Virus record (IMG/VR): IMGVR_UViG_3300045988_061615
Origin: a virus
Strand: one strand, 5' to 3'
Length of the DNA: 64,000 bases
In this document: positions 63,751 through 64,000 of the stretch, piece after piece
Numbering within the stretch: the first letter of the stretch is position 1
How the letters are laid out: each line of letters opens with the position of its first letter
Notes under the pieces: model-generated
The model's database searches: none
Told to the model about the DNA's origin: nothing
Seen by the model: the letters and a program-made list of their open reading frames with translations, nothing else
Position numbers and translations under genes: made by a program

Positions 63751-64000
63751 TTATTATGATAAATATAGTTTTAGGTAGTTTCTTCGGCGATTGCGGTAAG
63801 GGACAGACAGTTCACAACTTATGTAACAAGTACATAGGTAAGCGAGAGTCTGTGTTAGTAGTCAGGTTTAGTGGTGGACATCAAGTAGGACATACTGTAA
63901 AGCATGGAGACATGATGCACACCTTTAGTAACTTTGGCAGCGGAACCTTACTTGGAGTGCCGACGTATTGGTCCGAATACTGTACTGTAGACCCAATTAC
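63749..64000 (+). CDS. adenylosuccinate synthetase homologue (PurA/PurZ-like), N-terminal fragment; runs off window
   Basis: MINIVLGSFFGDCGKGQTVHNLC..VVRFSGGHQVGHTV aligns with the PurA N-terminus (VVLG.QWGDEGKGK...V.R.QGGHNAGHT). The P-loop diverges from PurA: GDCGKGQ in place of GDEGKGK. Confidence 0.55.

Overview
This 64-kb window reads as a segment of a large tailed double-stranded DNA phage or prophage. Overall GC is low (roughly mid-30s percent by eye).

Coordinates 1 to about 31050 are a minus-strand late/structural module:
- a putative small terminase subunit (TerS) and large terminase subunit (TerL), and a putative portal protein;
- a PD-(D/E)XK nuclease;
- several very large tail or tail-fibre proteins carrying GDTMTG motifs, LSTNDYT-AEK-KL repeats and poly-Gly linkers;
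- a complete diversity-generating retroelement (DGR): a reverse transcriptase, a template repeat (TR) and a variable repeat (VR) at the C-terminus of a 676-aa fibre-like target. All 19 TR/VR mismatches fall at adenines on the coding strand.

From 31.2 kb the window switches to plus-strand accessory and early-type genes:
- an HNH endonuclease;
- a 751-aa protein with a C-terminal lytic-transglycosylase domain, followed by two small membrane proteins (a lysis-cassette candidate);
- a minus-strand block of mini-genes that includes a CPC..CxC..CHC (FTR-like) Fe-S protein;
- a string of tiny plus-strand genes, each ending in a GGGAGA..TCTCCC terminator hairpin;
- a paralogous gene pair whose GC content is well above background.

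From 48.9 to 61.6 kb there is a dense tRNA cluster of about 20 tRNAs. It contains:
- a CUA-anticodon (amber-suppressor) tRNA;
- an odd class-I tRNA with a CAA anticodon;
- a tRNA gene split by a roughly 630-bp insertion that encodes an HNH endonuclease;
- a second HNH gene that reads into tRNA-Ser;
- a family of hairpins with a conserved loop and covarying stems;
- several micro-ORFs predicted to encode transmembrane peptides.

Other notable items:
- a 560-nt ORF-free structured region that ends in an orphan tRNA-like T-arm and acceptor 3' half (44.2-44.8 kb);
- a phage-borne NfeD plus flotillin (SPFH) gene pair;
- a vWA-domain protein;
- a zinc-ribbon/DUF559-like putative endonuclease;
- at the window edge, a truncated PurA-like adenylosuccinate synthetase with a divergent P-loop (GDCGKGQ), a candidate PurZ.

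Every call was made by eye from the sequence and the six-frame ORF track, with no database searches. Protein functions are motif-level inferences.
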